DNA of 64,000 nt, taken from positions 1,121 to 65,120 of IMG/VR virus record IMGVR_UViG_3300028048_003120. One strand, given 5' to 3'. The notes under the pieces were generated by a model, which saw only the letters and a program-made list of their open reading frames with translations, was not told where the DNA came from and ran no database searches. The DNA comes from a virus (Duplodnaviria; Caudoviricetes). Position numbers and translations under genes: made by a program. The number at the start of each line of letters is the position of its first letter. Positions within the stretch are counted from its first letter, which is position 1. Of the stretch, positions 1-6,916 are shown one piece after another.

Positions 1-89
1 CGACATTCCGCAAGTACATCAAGTTCGAGAAGGAGCGCAACGCCGAGCTACTGCGCGACCACCCGTATTTCAAGAAAAGGGAACAATAA
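1..89 (+). CDS. Partial CDS (3' end only), probable tyrosine integrase C-terminus
   Basis: Frame 3 reads ...TFRKYIKFEKERNAELLRDHPYFKKREQ*, resembling the F-x-x-Y-I-K...N-A-x-x-L-x-x-H-P-x-F C-terminus I recall for Bacteroidetes phage/ICE tyrosine integrases. Only 28 codons are visible. Confidence 0.5.
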   Translation, partial: TFRKYIKFEKERNAELLRDHPYFKKREQ

Positions 90-112
90 AAGGGCCTATT
101 TATTGGCCCTTT
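89..112. terminator. Bidirectional terminator-like hairpin between convergent genes
   Basis: AAAGGGCC-N8-GGCCCTTT perfect inverted repeat between the integrase-like stop (89) and the stop of 96..479. Confidence 0.6.
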
Positions 113-479
113 CATTCTCTGCGCGGTCCCGCAAAATCAGCAGTTTCGTCGCGAAGGAATCCTCCTCCTTCACGCCGATGTCGATGTCTATGACGGACTG
201 TGCTGGCATGAGAATCTTCATCGCATCGAGGTACATCTGCGCCTTCTTCTGCGGGTCCTTGATTTGCTCCCAGCATTTGACGAACCCCTCGAAGTTATCC
301 ACGGTAAACCCACGGAGCCGGCAGCGCAGCATGCGCACTGCCTCCTTGTAGTCCATCTTCTCGTCGGGCTTCGCAACGGCGACCTCGGGCTTCTTCTTCG
401 GTCGTCTCATCTTACCCTTCTCAACGGTCGTGTCCTCCGGGTTTACGATCAGGACCTCCGGCTGCTTCCTCTTTCCCAT
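96..479 (-). CDS. Hypothetical protein, possibly terminase small subunit-like
   Basis: 127 aa with a basic N-terminus and a helical core (WEQIKDPQKKAQMYLDAMKILMPAQSVIDIDI) loosely like Bacteroidetes phage TerS candidates. Last gene of the late operon. Confidence 0.35.
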   Translation of the reverse strand: MGKRKQPEVLIVNPEDTTVEKGKMRRPKKKPEVAVAKPDEKMDYKEAVRMLRCRLRGFTVDNFEGFVKCWEQIKDPQKKAQMYLDAMKILMPAQSVIDIDIGVKEEDSFATKLLILRDRAENERANK

Positions 480-480
480 A

Positions 481-972
481 TCAGAACGGTTGTATCGGCC
501 TCTTTATGGCTCCCTGCCGCGTGTTCAGCGCAGTCTCGATACTCTCCTTCAGCGTGTCCGCATCCGGCTTGTATGTCTCGGCGATGTCCGGCATCTTGTC
601 CTTGAGGTAGTCGTAGAGGATGCCCTTGACAAGATAGTTGTGGATGTACGTAGTGAGCGGCCGCAGCATGGTGCTGGGCCATGCGTCCGGCATGTCCAGC
701 GAATACACGAAGTTGGCGTCACTGTCGTGCAGGTCGTCTATCTCCTCCGTCGAGAAGTTCGAGAGATGCTTCTGCAGGATGGTGTTCACATCCGCGTCCC
801 TCAACTCCAGGCAGCGGTGGAGCAGCTCCTTGTCAATCCGATTGTCTTGGTCGGGGTTGACATGGTAGCCCGCCTGCGTCCCGGTCTGCCCGCGCACATC
901 GAGGACCTTCTGAATGTCGGCCATCGCGTGATAGAGGACATTGCTCTTTCTTATCGTGATGAGATACGCCAT
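481..972 (-). CDS. Putative neck/tail ring protein (paralog 3)
   Basis: 163 aa; shares the C-terminal pattern HNYLVKGILYDYL with the two upstream genes. Confidence 0.5.
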   Translation of the reverse strand: MAYLITIRKSNVLYHAMADIQKVLDVRGQTGTQAGYHVNPDQDNRIDKELLHRCLELRDADVNTILQKHLSNFSTEEIDDLHDSDANFVYSLDMPDAWPSTMLRPLTTYIHNYLVKGILYDYLKDKMPDIAETYKPDADTLKESIETALNTRQGAIKRPIQPF

Positions 973-978
973 ATCCTA

Positions 979-1470
979 TCAGTGTACGGGAGCCGTCGGG
1001 GGCAGCTTGAAGAACGAGGACTGAATGTTGTTCGATGCCTCCTGCATCAGAGCGTTGTAATCAGCGGCGAGTTCCTTCCGCGTAGCGAGGAACCAGTCGC
1101 GCAGCATGCGGTTCACGATGTAGTTGTGGCAATGCAGCGTCAAAGGCTCGACGAAGGCCGTGTTGAAGCGGTCCGAGACTGTCAGCGAGAGCGTGATCGC
1201 GTCATTGTCGTTGGACATCGTGAGCAGGGCGTTGTTCGCGGTGCTGGCCGAAGTGGTCTGTATGAAGTTGGAGATGATGTTCTTGACCTCCTGAGCGCCG
1301 GACTGCATCGAGCGCATCATCTTTTTCACATCCGCATCGTTGTCAACCTGGACCCCGAAGGATGCCTTCGCCTTCACATCGTTGTTGAAAAGCCCCTGCG
1401 CGATGATGTGCGTGTCATTCTTGACCGCAAACATCATGTCGGACTTATAAAGCGTGAGAGTGATGTTCAT
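979..1470 (-). CDS. Putative neck/tail ring protein (paralog 2)
   Basis: 163 aa; HNYIVNRMLRDWF motif and Pro-rich C-terminal tail. Confidence 0.5.
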   Translation of the reverse strand: MNITLTLYKSDMMFAVKNDTHIIAQGLFNNDVKAKASFGVQVDNDADVKKMMRSMQSGAQEVKNIISNFIQTTSASTANNALLTMSNDNDAITLSLTVSDRFNTAFVEPLTLHCHNYIVNRMLRDWFLATRKELAADYNALMQEASNNIQSSFFKLPPTAPVH

Positions 1471-1487
1471 TTCTTATCTTGATTTTA

Positions 1488-1970
1488 TTAGTTTCCTGAT
1501 GGTGCCGTGAGTGTGATGAAGCCGCCGAGGGCAGCGCCGTTGGGAACCGTCGGGGCCTTCCGGGAATAGAGCAGGTCATTCAGCATCTGAATGTTCAGCG
1601 CGCCCTTCCGCTGGCATTCCTCGGCCTTGTCTGCGGCCCTCAACTCGAACCAGCAGCGGCAGATGTAGTTTACGATGAAGTCCACAACCTGCTCCTGCAC
1701 ACTCGTCACGAGGTTGGAGAGGTGTTCTTCCGGGACCGAGAACACGATGTTCCCGGAGCTGACGCTGGAGATGTCCGAATACGTGGCAAGGATATTCTCC
1801 TTCGCCTCGCCGAGAAACTTTTCCAGCATGGGCGTGTCCTGCGTCGTGACGCGCACGTTTTCGTAGAGGCGCTTACCCTCATCGTCGCGGGCGCTCCCGA
1901 CAAAGGAGGCGATCATGGTGACCTTCGCCAAAATCGACACATTCGTTATAGTGACAGTTATCGTAGCCAT
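1488..1970 (-). CDS. Putative neck/tail ring protein (paralog 1)
   Basis: 160 aa; VDFIVNYICRCWF motif and KAPTVP tail. Confidence 0.5.
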   Translation of the reverse strand: MATITVTITNVSILAKVTMIASFVGSARDDEGKRLYENVRVTTQDTPMLEKFLGEAKENILATYSDISSVSSGNIVFSVPEEHLSNLVTSVQEQVVDFIVNYICRCWFELRAADKAEECQRKGALNIQMLNDLLYSRKAPTVPNGAALGGFITLTAPSGN

Positions 1971-1971
1971 G

Positions 1972-2508
1972 TTACCAACTTGTTATAATCCATGAAATGC
2001 CGCCGCCGACGAAGGGAGAGAGGACAACCTTGCCGTCCGCAAGAGCAATGCCATATCCCGCCGTGAAGGTCAGGCCCCAGCGCTTCCGTCTTGGCGTGTA
2101 TGTCTCCGTAATAGTGGTTTCGACGCGGTCCAGCTCCCAGCGGTCGAGCTGCGGGTCAAACCCGCTTACCCATAGCCGGAGCCGCCCTTCGTCCTCCTCG
2201 TAATACTTCTGCTCGCGAGGTAGCCAGACGGTATCCGTTTCGTGCAGAACCGTGGCTATTTCGCGCGTTATCGTGTCGGAGAAGAATCTATATGACGGAA
2301 TCGGAACGAAGCCAGCAGAGGCCGTTTTTACGGGGTCCGGGAAGTCCTTGTACATCGGCACCTTCTTGATGATGGTATCTCTCGCCGTCTCTCCCTCGCC
2401 GGGCATGGCGGTAGAGCGCCCCCAGTGGAACGTAACCACCGGGAGTGCCAGTAGGAGGATAGCCAGCACCCATTCAACGGTCCTCAGTATCTTCGCCTTT
2501 TCGGTCAT
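1972..2508 (-). CDS. Spanin-like lysis protein (DUF6808-like)
   Basis: N-terminal TM helix, LPREQKYY...LWVSGFDPQLD core and a C-terminal beta-hairpin (RWGLTFTAGYG...PFVGGGISW); directly follows the amidase. Confidence 0.6.
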   Translation of the reverse strand: MTEKAKILRTVEWVLAILLLALPVVTFHWGRSTAMPGEGETARDTIIKKVPMYKDFPDPVKTASAGFVPIPSYRFFSDTITREIATVLHETDTVWLPREQKYYEEDEGRLRLWVSGFDPQLDRWELDRVETTITETYTPRRKRWGLTFTAGYGIALADGKVVLSPFVGGGISWIITSW

Positions 2509-2975
2509 CTTTTCGCAGTACAGTATGCCATAGGGAACTCGGCCTGCACATCAAAGCACGGGCAAGCCTTGATCCATTCGTTCGGGGTAATCTTCCCGTC
2601 GCCGTTGAGGTCCGGGGAAGTGTCGCGATGTCCTATCACGCGCACGATGGTGGGATACACTTCCATAAGGTTCTGGACTGTCTCGGCGAGCGCCTTCTTC
2701 TGCGCAAGGGTCCGCGTGTCCTTCGGCTTTCCGTTTTCGTCCAAGCCGCCGACATAGCAGATGCCGATGGAGCGGTCGTTCCAGCCTTTGCAGTGCGCCC
2801 CGGTCATCGAGAGCGGCCGGCCAACCTCAACAGTACCGTCCAGGTCAACGACGAAGTTGTACCCTATCATAGCGAATCCCTGCTCCCGGTGCCAGCGTTC
2901 GATGTCTGCGGCACGGAAGTCCTTGCCTTCCCTCGTAGCGGAACAGTGGATGATTATGGTATCAATCGTTTTCAT
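2505..2975 (-). CDS. N-acetylmuramoyl-L-alanine amidase endolysin (Amidase_2, T7-lysozyme-like)
   Basis: IIIHCSAT, IGYNFVV, GAHCKGWN, SIGICYVGG, GHRD and KACPCFDV motifs. Start set at MKTIDT (ATG 2975). Confidence 0.93.
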   Translation of the reverse strand: MKTIDTIIIHCSATREGKDFRAADIERWHREQGFAMIGYNFVVDLDGTVEVGRPLSMTGAHCKGWNDRSIGICYVGGLDENGKPKDTRTLAQKKALAETVQNLMEVYPTIVRVIGHRDTSPDLNGDGKITPNEWIKACPCFDVQAEFPMAYCTAKR

Positions 2976-3094
2976 CGTTTCTCGGTGTACATCGGGCAAT
3001 ACTCGCCCACTTTGTAGCTGCATACGCCCTTACCGCGGTATGCGCATACCTCGCTGGCGCAAGTATCTTCCAGTTTTTCTTGCTTCTCAATCAT
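2972..3094 (-). CDS. Small Cys4 protein, 40 aa (below the ORF-track cutoff)
   Basis: MIEKQEKLEDTCASEVCAYRGKGVCSYKVGEYCPMYTEKR*. Its start overlaps the end of 3087..3437 and its TGA overlaps the amidase ATG (ATGA). Confidence 0.65.
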   Translation of the reverse strand: MIEKQEKLEDTCASEVCAYRGKGVCSYKVGEYCPMYTEKR

Positions 3095-3437
3095 TTTCGT
3101 TATCCATGTTCAACGGGTTATAGCCGCAGCGGTCGCAGCGGTTTTTCAGTCTTTCATCATTGGCCTGATCGACGGGGCACACGATGTCCGGGTCTTTGTA
3201 GCGGTGCTTGCAGAAGTGGCTCTGCATGATAACCGAGGATTTCTCCGCAGAGTCCAGCTTTTCGCGCTCGTACTCCGCATTGCGCTCCTGGTAGAAGCGC
3301 TTTTGCTCGGCCATCATTTCAACCAGCATGTCGTAAGGCGTTTTCTTTTTGTCGATAATCGTCTTTACGACTGCCCAGACACCGCCCAATCCTGCGATGA
3401 TGGCCAAAATGATTTTCGTCCAGTCCAGTTCCATCAT
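3087..3437 (-). CDS. Putative holin/antiholin (single N-terminal TM plus coiled coil)
   Basis: KIILAIIAGLGGVWAVV TM segment, charged coiled coil and Cys-rich C-terminus; lies upstream of the endolysin. Confidence 0.55.
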   Translation of the reverse strand: MMELDWTKIILAIIAGLGGVWAVVKTIIDKKKTPYDMLVEMMAEQKRFYQERNAEYEREKLDSAEKSSVIMQSHFCKHRYKDPDIVCPVDQANDERLKNRCDRCGYNPLNMDNEND

Positions 3438-3925
3438 TATGCTTGTTTAATGAGTTTTGCGATAGGGTCGAAGGTGCGGATATTGAAGTCCACGCCCTGC
3501 TTTACATAGTGTGCCACCAACTCGTCCATCGTGAACGGCTCCAGCTCCGGCGAGAACTTGAACCTCTCCTCCAGCGCCTTGATTCCGTTATCGATGGCTT
3601 CATTGTAAGGCCGCACATCCTTGTATGCTTCGCTGAAAGCGCTTACCGCGCCTGCATCGACAACGCCGCTATTGTCCTTCCGCGTGGCAATCATATCCTG
3701 ATACGCCTTCGCGAAGGCCGCGCACTTCTCTTTCGCCTCGTCACTGTCGATGAAGCGGCTGCGGACGATGTCGTCCTCCTCCTGAATCTTCTTTGCGACG
3801 GGACGCACGGCCATCAACGCCACGATCACCTTGCCGGAGAAAGCGGAGTTGGCCCCTTTGAGGTTGATATTGCCGAGAAAGTTGCAGGCGGCAACGGTTT
3901 CCTTGCGTGTGAGCTTTATCCTCAT
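3437..3925 (-). CDS. Hypothetical protein (162 aa)
   Basis: Start reassigned to MRIKLTRKETV (ATG 3925), which overlaps the stop of the upstream gene. Confidence 0.7.
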   Translation of the reverse strand: MRIKLTRKETVAACNFLGNINLKGANSAFSGKVIVALMAVRPVAKKIQEEDDIVRSRFIDSDEAKEKCAAFAKAYQDMIATRKDNSGVVDAGAVSAFSEAYKDVRPYNEAIDNGIKALEERFKFSPELEPFTMDELVAHYVKQGVDFNIRTFDPIAKLIKQA

Positions 3926-4482
3926 GACAAACCTCCCATGAAAACCGCTGCATATACTGCGGCGAACATTGCCATTTCCAGCCAAAAGACATACGACTTG
4001 CGGACGGTCTTCGTGCAGACGGCAGCAGCCGCAGCCACAGCGAAGGACGCAATCGGTAGCCACCACCTGTTATCCAGTGTGAGGATGAGCCATAGCAGGG
4101 CCGTCACCGCGCAGATGGCGGTTCCGACATAGTGCGTGATACGCTGGTTCCTGCTGATGCGCTTGTCGGCCTCATCGTCGTCCTCGCGACCCTCATAGCG
4201 GGGCGTGAAGGCCACGACCGCCAGATAGACGGGGGCCATGAATCCCAGGAATTGCAGGTTACTTCCGCTCCCGGCCTCGATGGTGCCGAAGCAGAGCAGT
4301 ATGGCCGCTACGATGGTAACGGCGCTCCAAAGGTTGACATTGTGGATGTGTACGGCCTCGTCCCAGCATTTCGCATACTTGGAATAACTGAGCCGCCAGC
4401 CGAAGCGCTTAACGGAAAGCACTATGAAAGCGGCAAGGATCAGCAGCGAGACAATGGCCGATACGATTGAAAAAGCAGTCAT
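3922..4482 (-). CDS. Multi-pass membrane protein
   Basis: 186 aa with about five hydrophobic helices. Confidence 0.75.
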   Translation of the reverse strand: MTAFSIVSAIVSLLILAAFIVLSVKRFGWRLSYSKYAKCWDEAVHIHNVNLWSAVTIVAAILLCFGTIEAGSGSNLQFLGFMAPVYLAVVAFTPRYEGREDDDEADKRISRNQRITHYVGTAICAVTALLWLILTLDNRWWLPIASFAVAAAAAVCTKTVRKSYVFWLEMAMFAAVYAAVFMGGLS

Positions 4483-4496
4483 GGTTTTACGGGGTA

Positions 4497-5003
4497 TTAG
4501 AATTCAAGTTTCTCAGGGTATCCGACAGTAATGTCGTAGCGATTGACATCGGCGATGGAGCAAAGTTCCTCGATGGCGGCAGCGTGGTCGGCGGTCTTCT
4601 CGGCGCACTTCGCAGCGTACACCTCAATCATCGCAAGCATGGCTTTCGCGGAGGAGACGGGAATCGTCACGCCCTTGAACTTGACGGTTTCCTCGGCGAC
4701 ATCTTCCAGCGCTTCGATGGCGTTGCGCAGGTTGGCCCGGTCATACTTGTTAATCCAGAGCGTCTGACCTCCGATGGTAAAGCCGTTTACCTCGTCCGAG
4801 GAATCACGGACGAGCAGTTCGAGTTTCTTGTTGAGGACGGCGAGGCGCAGGGGGATTTCCGGCACGTTGCCTTCCTCGTCCTCCGGCGCTTCGCGGGCCT
4901 CGGCCAGCAGGTTTACGTACTCGATCTCCTCCGCAGGCTCAAGCAGCCCTTTGTGCCGGGAGAGGAGTAAATCCATAGCGGTAATAAGAGAGTCCTTTTC
5001 CAT
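4497..5003 (-). CDS. DUF4376-like tail-fibre-associated protein
   Basis: Start reassigned to MEKDSL (ATG 5003). DSSDEVNGFTIGGQTLWINKYDRANL...YDITVGYPEKLEF resembles DUF4376-type proteins. Overlaps the RT 3' end by 65 bp. Confidence 0.65.
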   Translation of the reverse strand: MEKDSLITAMDLLLSRHKGLLEPAEEIEYVNLLAEAREAPEDEEGNVPEIPLRLAVLNKKLELLVRDSSDEVNGFTIGGQTLWINKYDRANLRNAIEALEDVAEETVKFKGVTIPVSSAKAMLAMIEVYAAKCAEKTADHAAAIEELCSIADVNRYDITVGYPEKLEF

Positions 5004-6189
5004 GTTTCTTGTATTTGAAGTTGTATTTCCGAATGAGTATGGCGTTGTGCGTGTATTCCAGGTTAGCCTGCAAGCACTTGCGACTATCGTTGAAGAAGCA
5101 CATTCTCCACCAGCGCGGGGAGATTTCTTCCAGCAGGTCACGAATGATGGCATAGCCGTTCACGCGCTTCATCCGACCGAAGTACGAGTTCACGCTGGAG
5201 AGGAAAGAATCTACGTTCCTCGCGCTGACCCGCGTGTTCCAATAGCGAATCTTCACTCTTGCGCGGTTGATGATGCTATTGTTCACATATACCCTGTCGA
5301 GCTTGAAGGGCGTGCTGATGAACGTGCCGCCCTTCGTGTAGTGCTGGCAATACCGTTTGTCGGGATGCAGATGATAGCCGAAGGATTCGATGTCCTTCTC
5401 TACCTGCTTCATGTGCATCTTGCCCTGCTCCTTGTCGGCGAATACCCACCACATATCATCCACGAAACGACCATAGTGCAGGCCATAGTGTTCAATCTGC
5501 AGGTGGTCGAAGTCGTTGAGCGCATAGTTCTGCGCGACCTGCCAATGCTGGTTTCCCAGCGCCGCCCCGTGGTCGAGGTCCGTGGCAAATACCACGGACT
5601 TGTAGCGGGGGATATAGGCGGGCCACATCCAGATCGGAGATTTGAGATGCGCGTTGCTCGAAGGATAACTCCACGTGGTGCGGAGCAGGATATAGAGGAG
5701 GTCGTCACGCTCCACCCCTTCCGGGATGTTCCGCTCGATGAGCGAGCGGTACTGTTCGTAGGAACGGTTGAGGTCTGCGGACGGGAAATAAGCCTTGATG
5801 TCGCGGAAGAATATCCAGCAGTCCTTCGTGAAGCCCTCGCTTACATCATAGATGTCGGAGAGCAGGCAGTTGATAGCCTCGTCGGGGCCGTAACCGATAC
5901 GGTTGTTGAAGGTCCTGTCGGTAAGTTCCGCTTCCACGAGCGGCCTTACCCTCTTGTCGAAGTGCTGCTGGATAGTCTTAATCTGCATCAAGCAGGCGTT
6001 GACCTCCCTCCACCGTGGTTTCGGCGTGAGGAAGGAGTATAGGAGGGGAACAAGGTTGCGGTTCTCGAAGTCCTCATGCAGACGCACCAGATCGCGCTCG
6101 CGGTGCAGCTCGAAGTGCATGAGGTCGAGCGTGCGCACCTTGTTGGAGCGGCAATCGAAGAAGTCTTGTATGAGAGTTTCTCGTTCCAT
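4939..6189 (-). CDS. DGR reverse transcriptase
   Basis: 416 aa with RT motifs: PKPRWREVNACLMQIKTIQQ, FFRDIKAYFPS, LGNQHWQ, YGRFVDDM. Lies immediately downstream of TR and avd. Confidence 0.95.
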   Translation of the reverse strand: MERETLIQDFFDCRSNKVRTLDLMHFELHRERDLVRLHEDFENRNLVPLLYSFLTPKPRWREVNACLMQIKTIQQHFDKRVRPLVEAELTDRTFNNRIGYGPDEAINCLLSDIYDVSEGFTKDCWIFFRDIKAYFPSADLNRSYEQYRSLIERNIPEGVERDDLLYILLRTTWSYPSSNAHLKSPIWMWPAYIPRYKSVVFATDLDHGAALGNQHWQVAQNYALNDFDHLQIEHYGLHYGRFVDDMWWVFADKEQGKMHMKQVEKDIESFGYHLHPDKRYCQHYTKGGTFISTPFKLDRVYVNNSIINRARVKIRYWNTRVSARNVDSFLSSVNSYFGRMKRVNGYAIIRDLLEEISPRWWRMCFFNDSRKCLQANLEYTHNAILIRKYNFKYKKHGKGLSYYRYGFTPLPAQRAA

Positions 6190-6208
6190 AGTTCCTTTTT
6201 GAATAATT

Positions 6209-6330
6209 CACGACGGGCAGGGCGCGGTAACTGTTGTTCACGTTGTTGTTGTTGGCGTAGCCGTTGTTGCCGTTAAAGTACCAGGCGTTGTTGGCGTTGT
6301 TGCGAGAGCAAGACCAAGTGTTGGTGCCGT
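6209..6330 (-). repeat. DGR template repeat (TR), 122 bp
   Basis: AAC-rich sequence (14 in-frame AAC codons, 35 adenines) that differs from two variable repeats only at adenines. Confidence 0.97.
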
Positions 6331-6346
6331 CCCGAGGCTCGCTTCC

Positions 6347-6862
6347 TTACTCGTAGCCGCTGCTGCCGGCGGCGGCGGAGCCTCCTTTATTCATTGGGTG
6401 ACTGCCGCCTCCCTCCTTGGATGCGGTCGTGCCCTTGTTCCCTTTATCTTTTTTCGGTAAGCTATTTCTCCACTTCGTCGCGCCCTCATCGAGTTTTGCG
6501 ATACGGTTGAAGATTTCCAGCCGCATGGACTCCGGCGAAAGCGGCTCATGCTTCAATGGAATCTCAATCACGTTCCGGCGGGCGATGATGCGGGCGACAT
6601 GGACGAACTTCGTGACGGCGCTGCACATCTCCTTCAGATGATGCAGACGGTCATCGGGGAAGTCGTAAGCGTTTTGGAAAGCGGCCAGCACATCAAGAAC
6701 AAGATTGATGGCCCGGTCACAGTACCTACGGCGGTTCGTGGCATTCATCATCGGCTCCGCCCGGAGCAAAAGGTCGAGCAGGGCATCCGCGTCAACTGGG
6801 ATGCTCGGCTGCTCCTTCTCCCCGGTAAGCAGTTTCGGTTCAAAATACTCACTCTTTGCCAT
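6347..6862 (-). CDS. avd: DGR accessory variability determinant (Avd-like four-helix bundle)
   Basis: 171 aa helical protein between the target gene and TR. Ends in IAKLDEGATKWRNS (cf. the Avd G-W-x-x-S motif) plus a low-complexity tail that probably overlaps the 5' part of the TR RNA. Confidence 0.8.
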   Translation of the reverse strand: MAKSEYFEPKLLTGEKEQPSIPVDADALLDLLLRAEPMMNATNRRRYCDRAINLVLDVLAAFQNAYDFPDDRLHHLKEMCSAVTKFVHVARIIARRNVIEIPLKHEPLSPESMRLEIFNRIAKLDEGATKWRNSLPKKDKGNKGTTASKEGGGSHPMNKGGSAAAGSSGYE

Positions 6863-6873
6863 AGCATATCAAA

Positions 6874-6905
6874 GGTGGGGCTTGCCCGGAGGGACGCGCC
6901 CCACC
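6874..6905 (-). promoter_or_regulatory. DGR target-recognition hairpin downstream of VR1/IMH
   Basis: GGTGGGGC-GCGTCCCTCCGGGCAA-GCCCCACC: 8-bp stem, 16-nt loop, 41 nt after the end of TR homology. Confidence 0.85.
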
Positions 6906-6916
6906 AAGATTAAGTT

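Noticed and set aside
4497-5153. ORF-track starts at 5153, 4066, 3023, 45524, 51329, 21760 and 48026
   Set aside because: These extensions overlap upstream genes and translate as noise; downstream ATGs with stop/start coupling were used instead.
4774-6042. 422-aa plus-strand ORF antisense to the RT (and similar ones at 430..1482, 7217..8389, 8691..10022, 9688..11124, 18803..20035)
   Set aside because: In-register antisense shadows without motifs or initiation signals; the opposite strand has clear family motifs.
6230-6305. GTT/AAC trinucleotide-rich stretch that looks like a microsatellite or CRISPR-like repeat
   Set aside because: It is the DGR template repeat. I saw no repeat-spacer array and no cas gene in the window.
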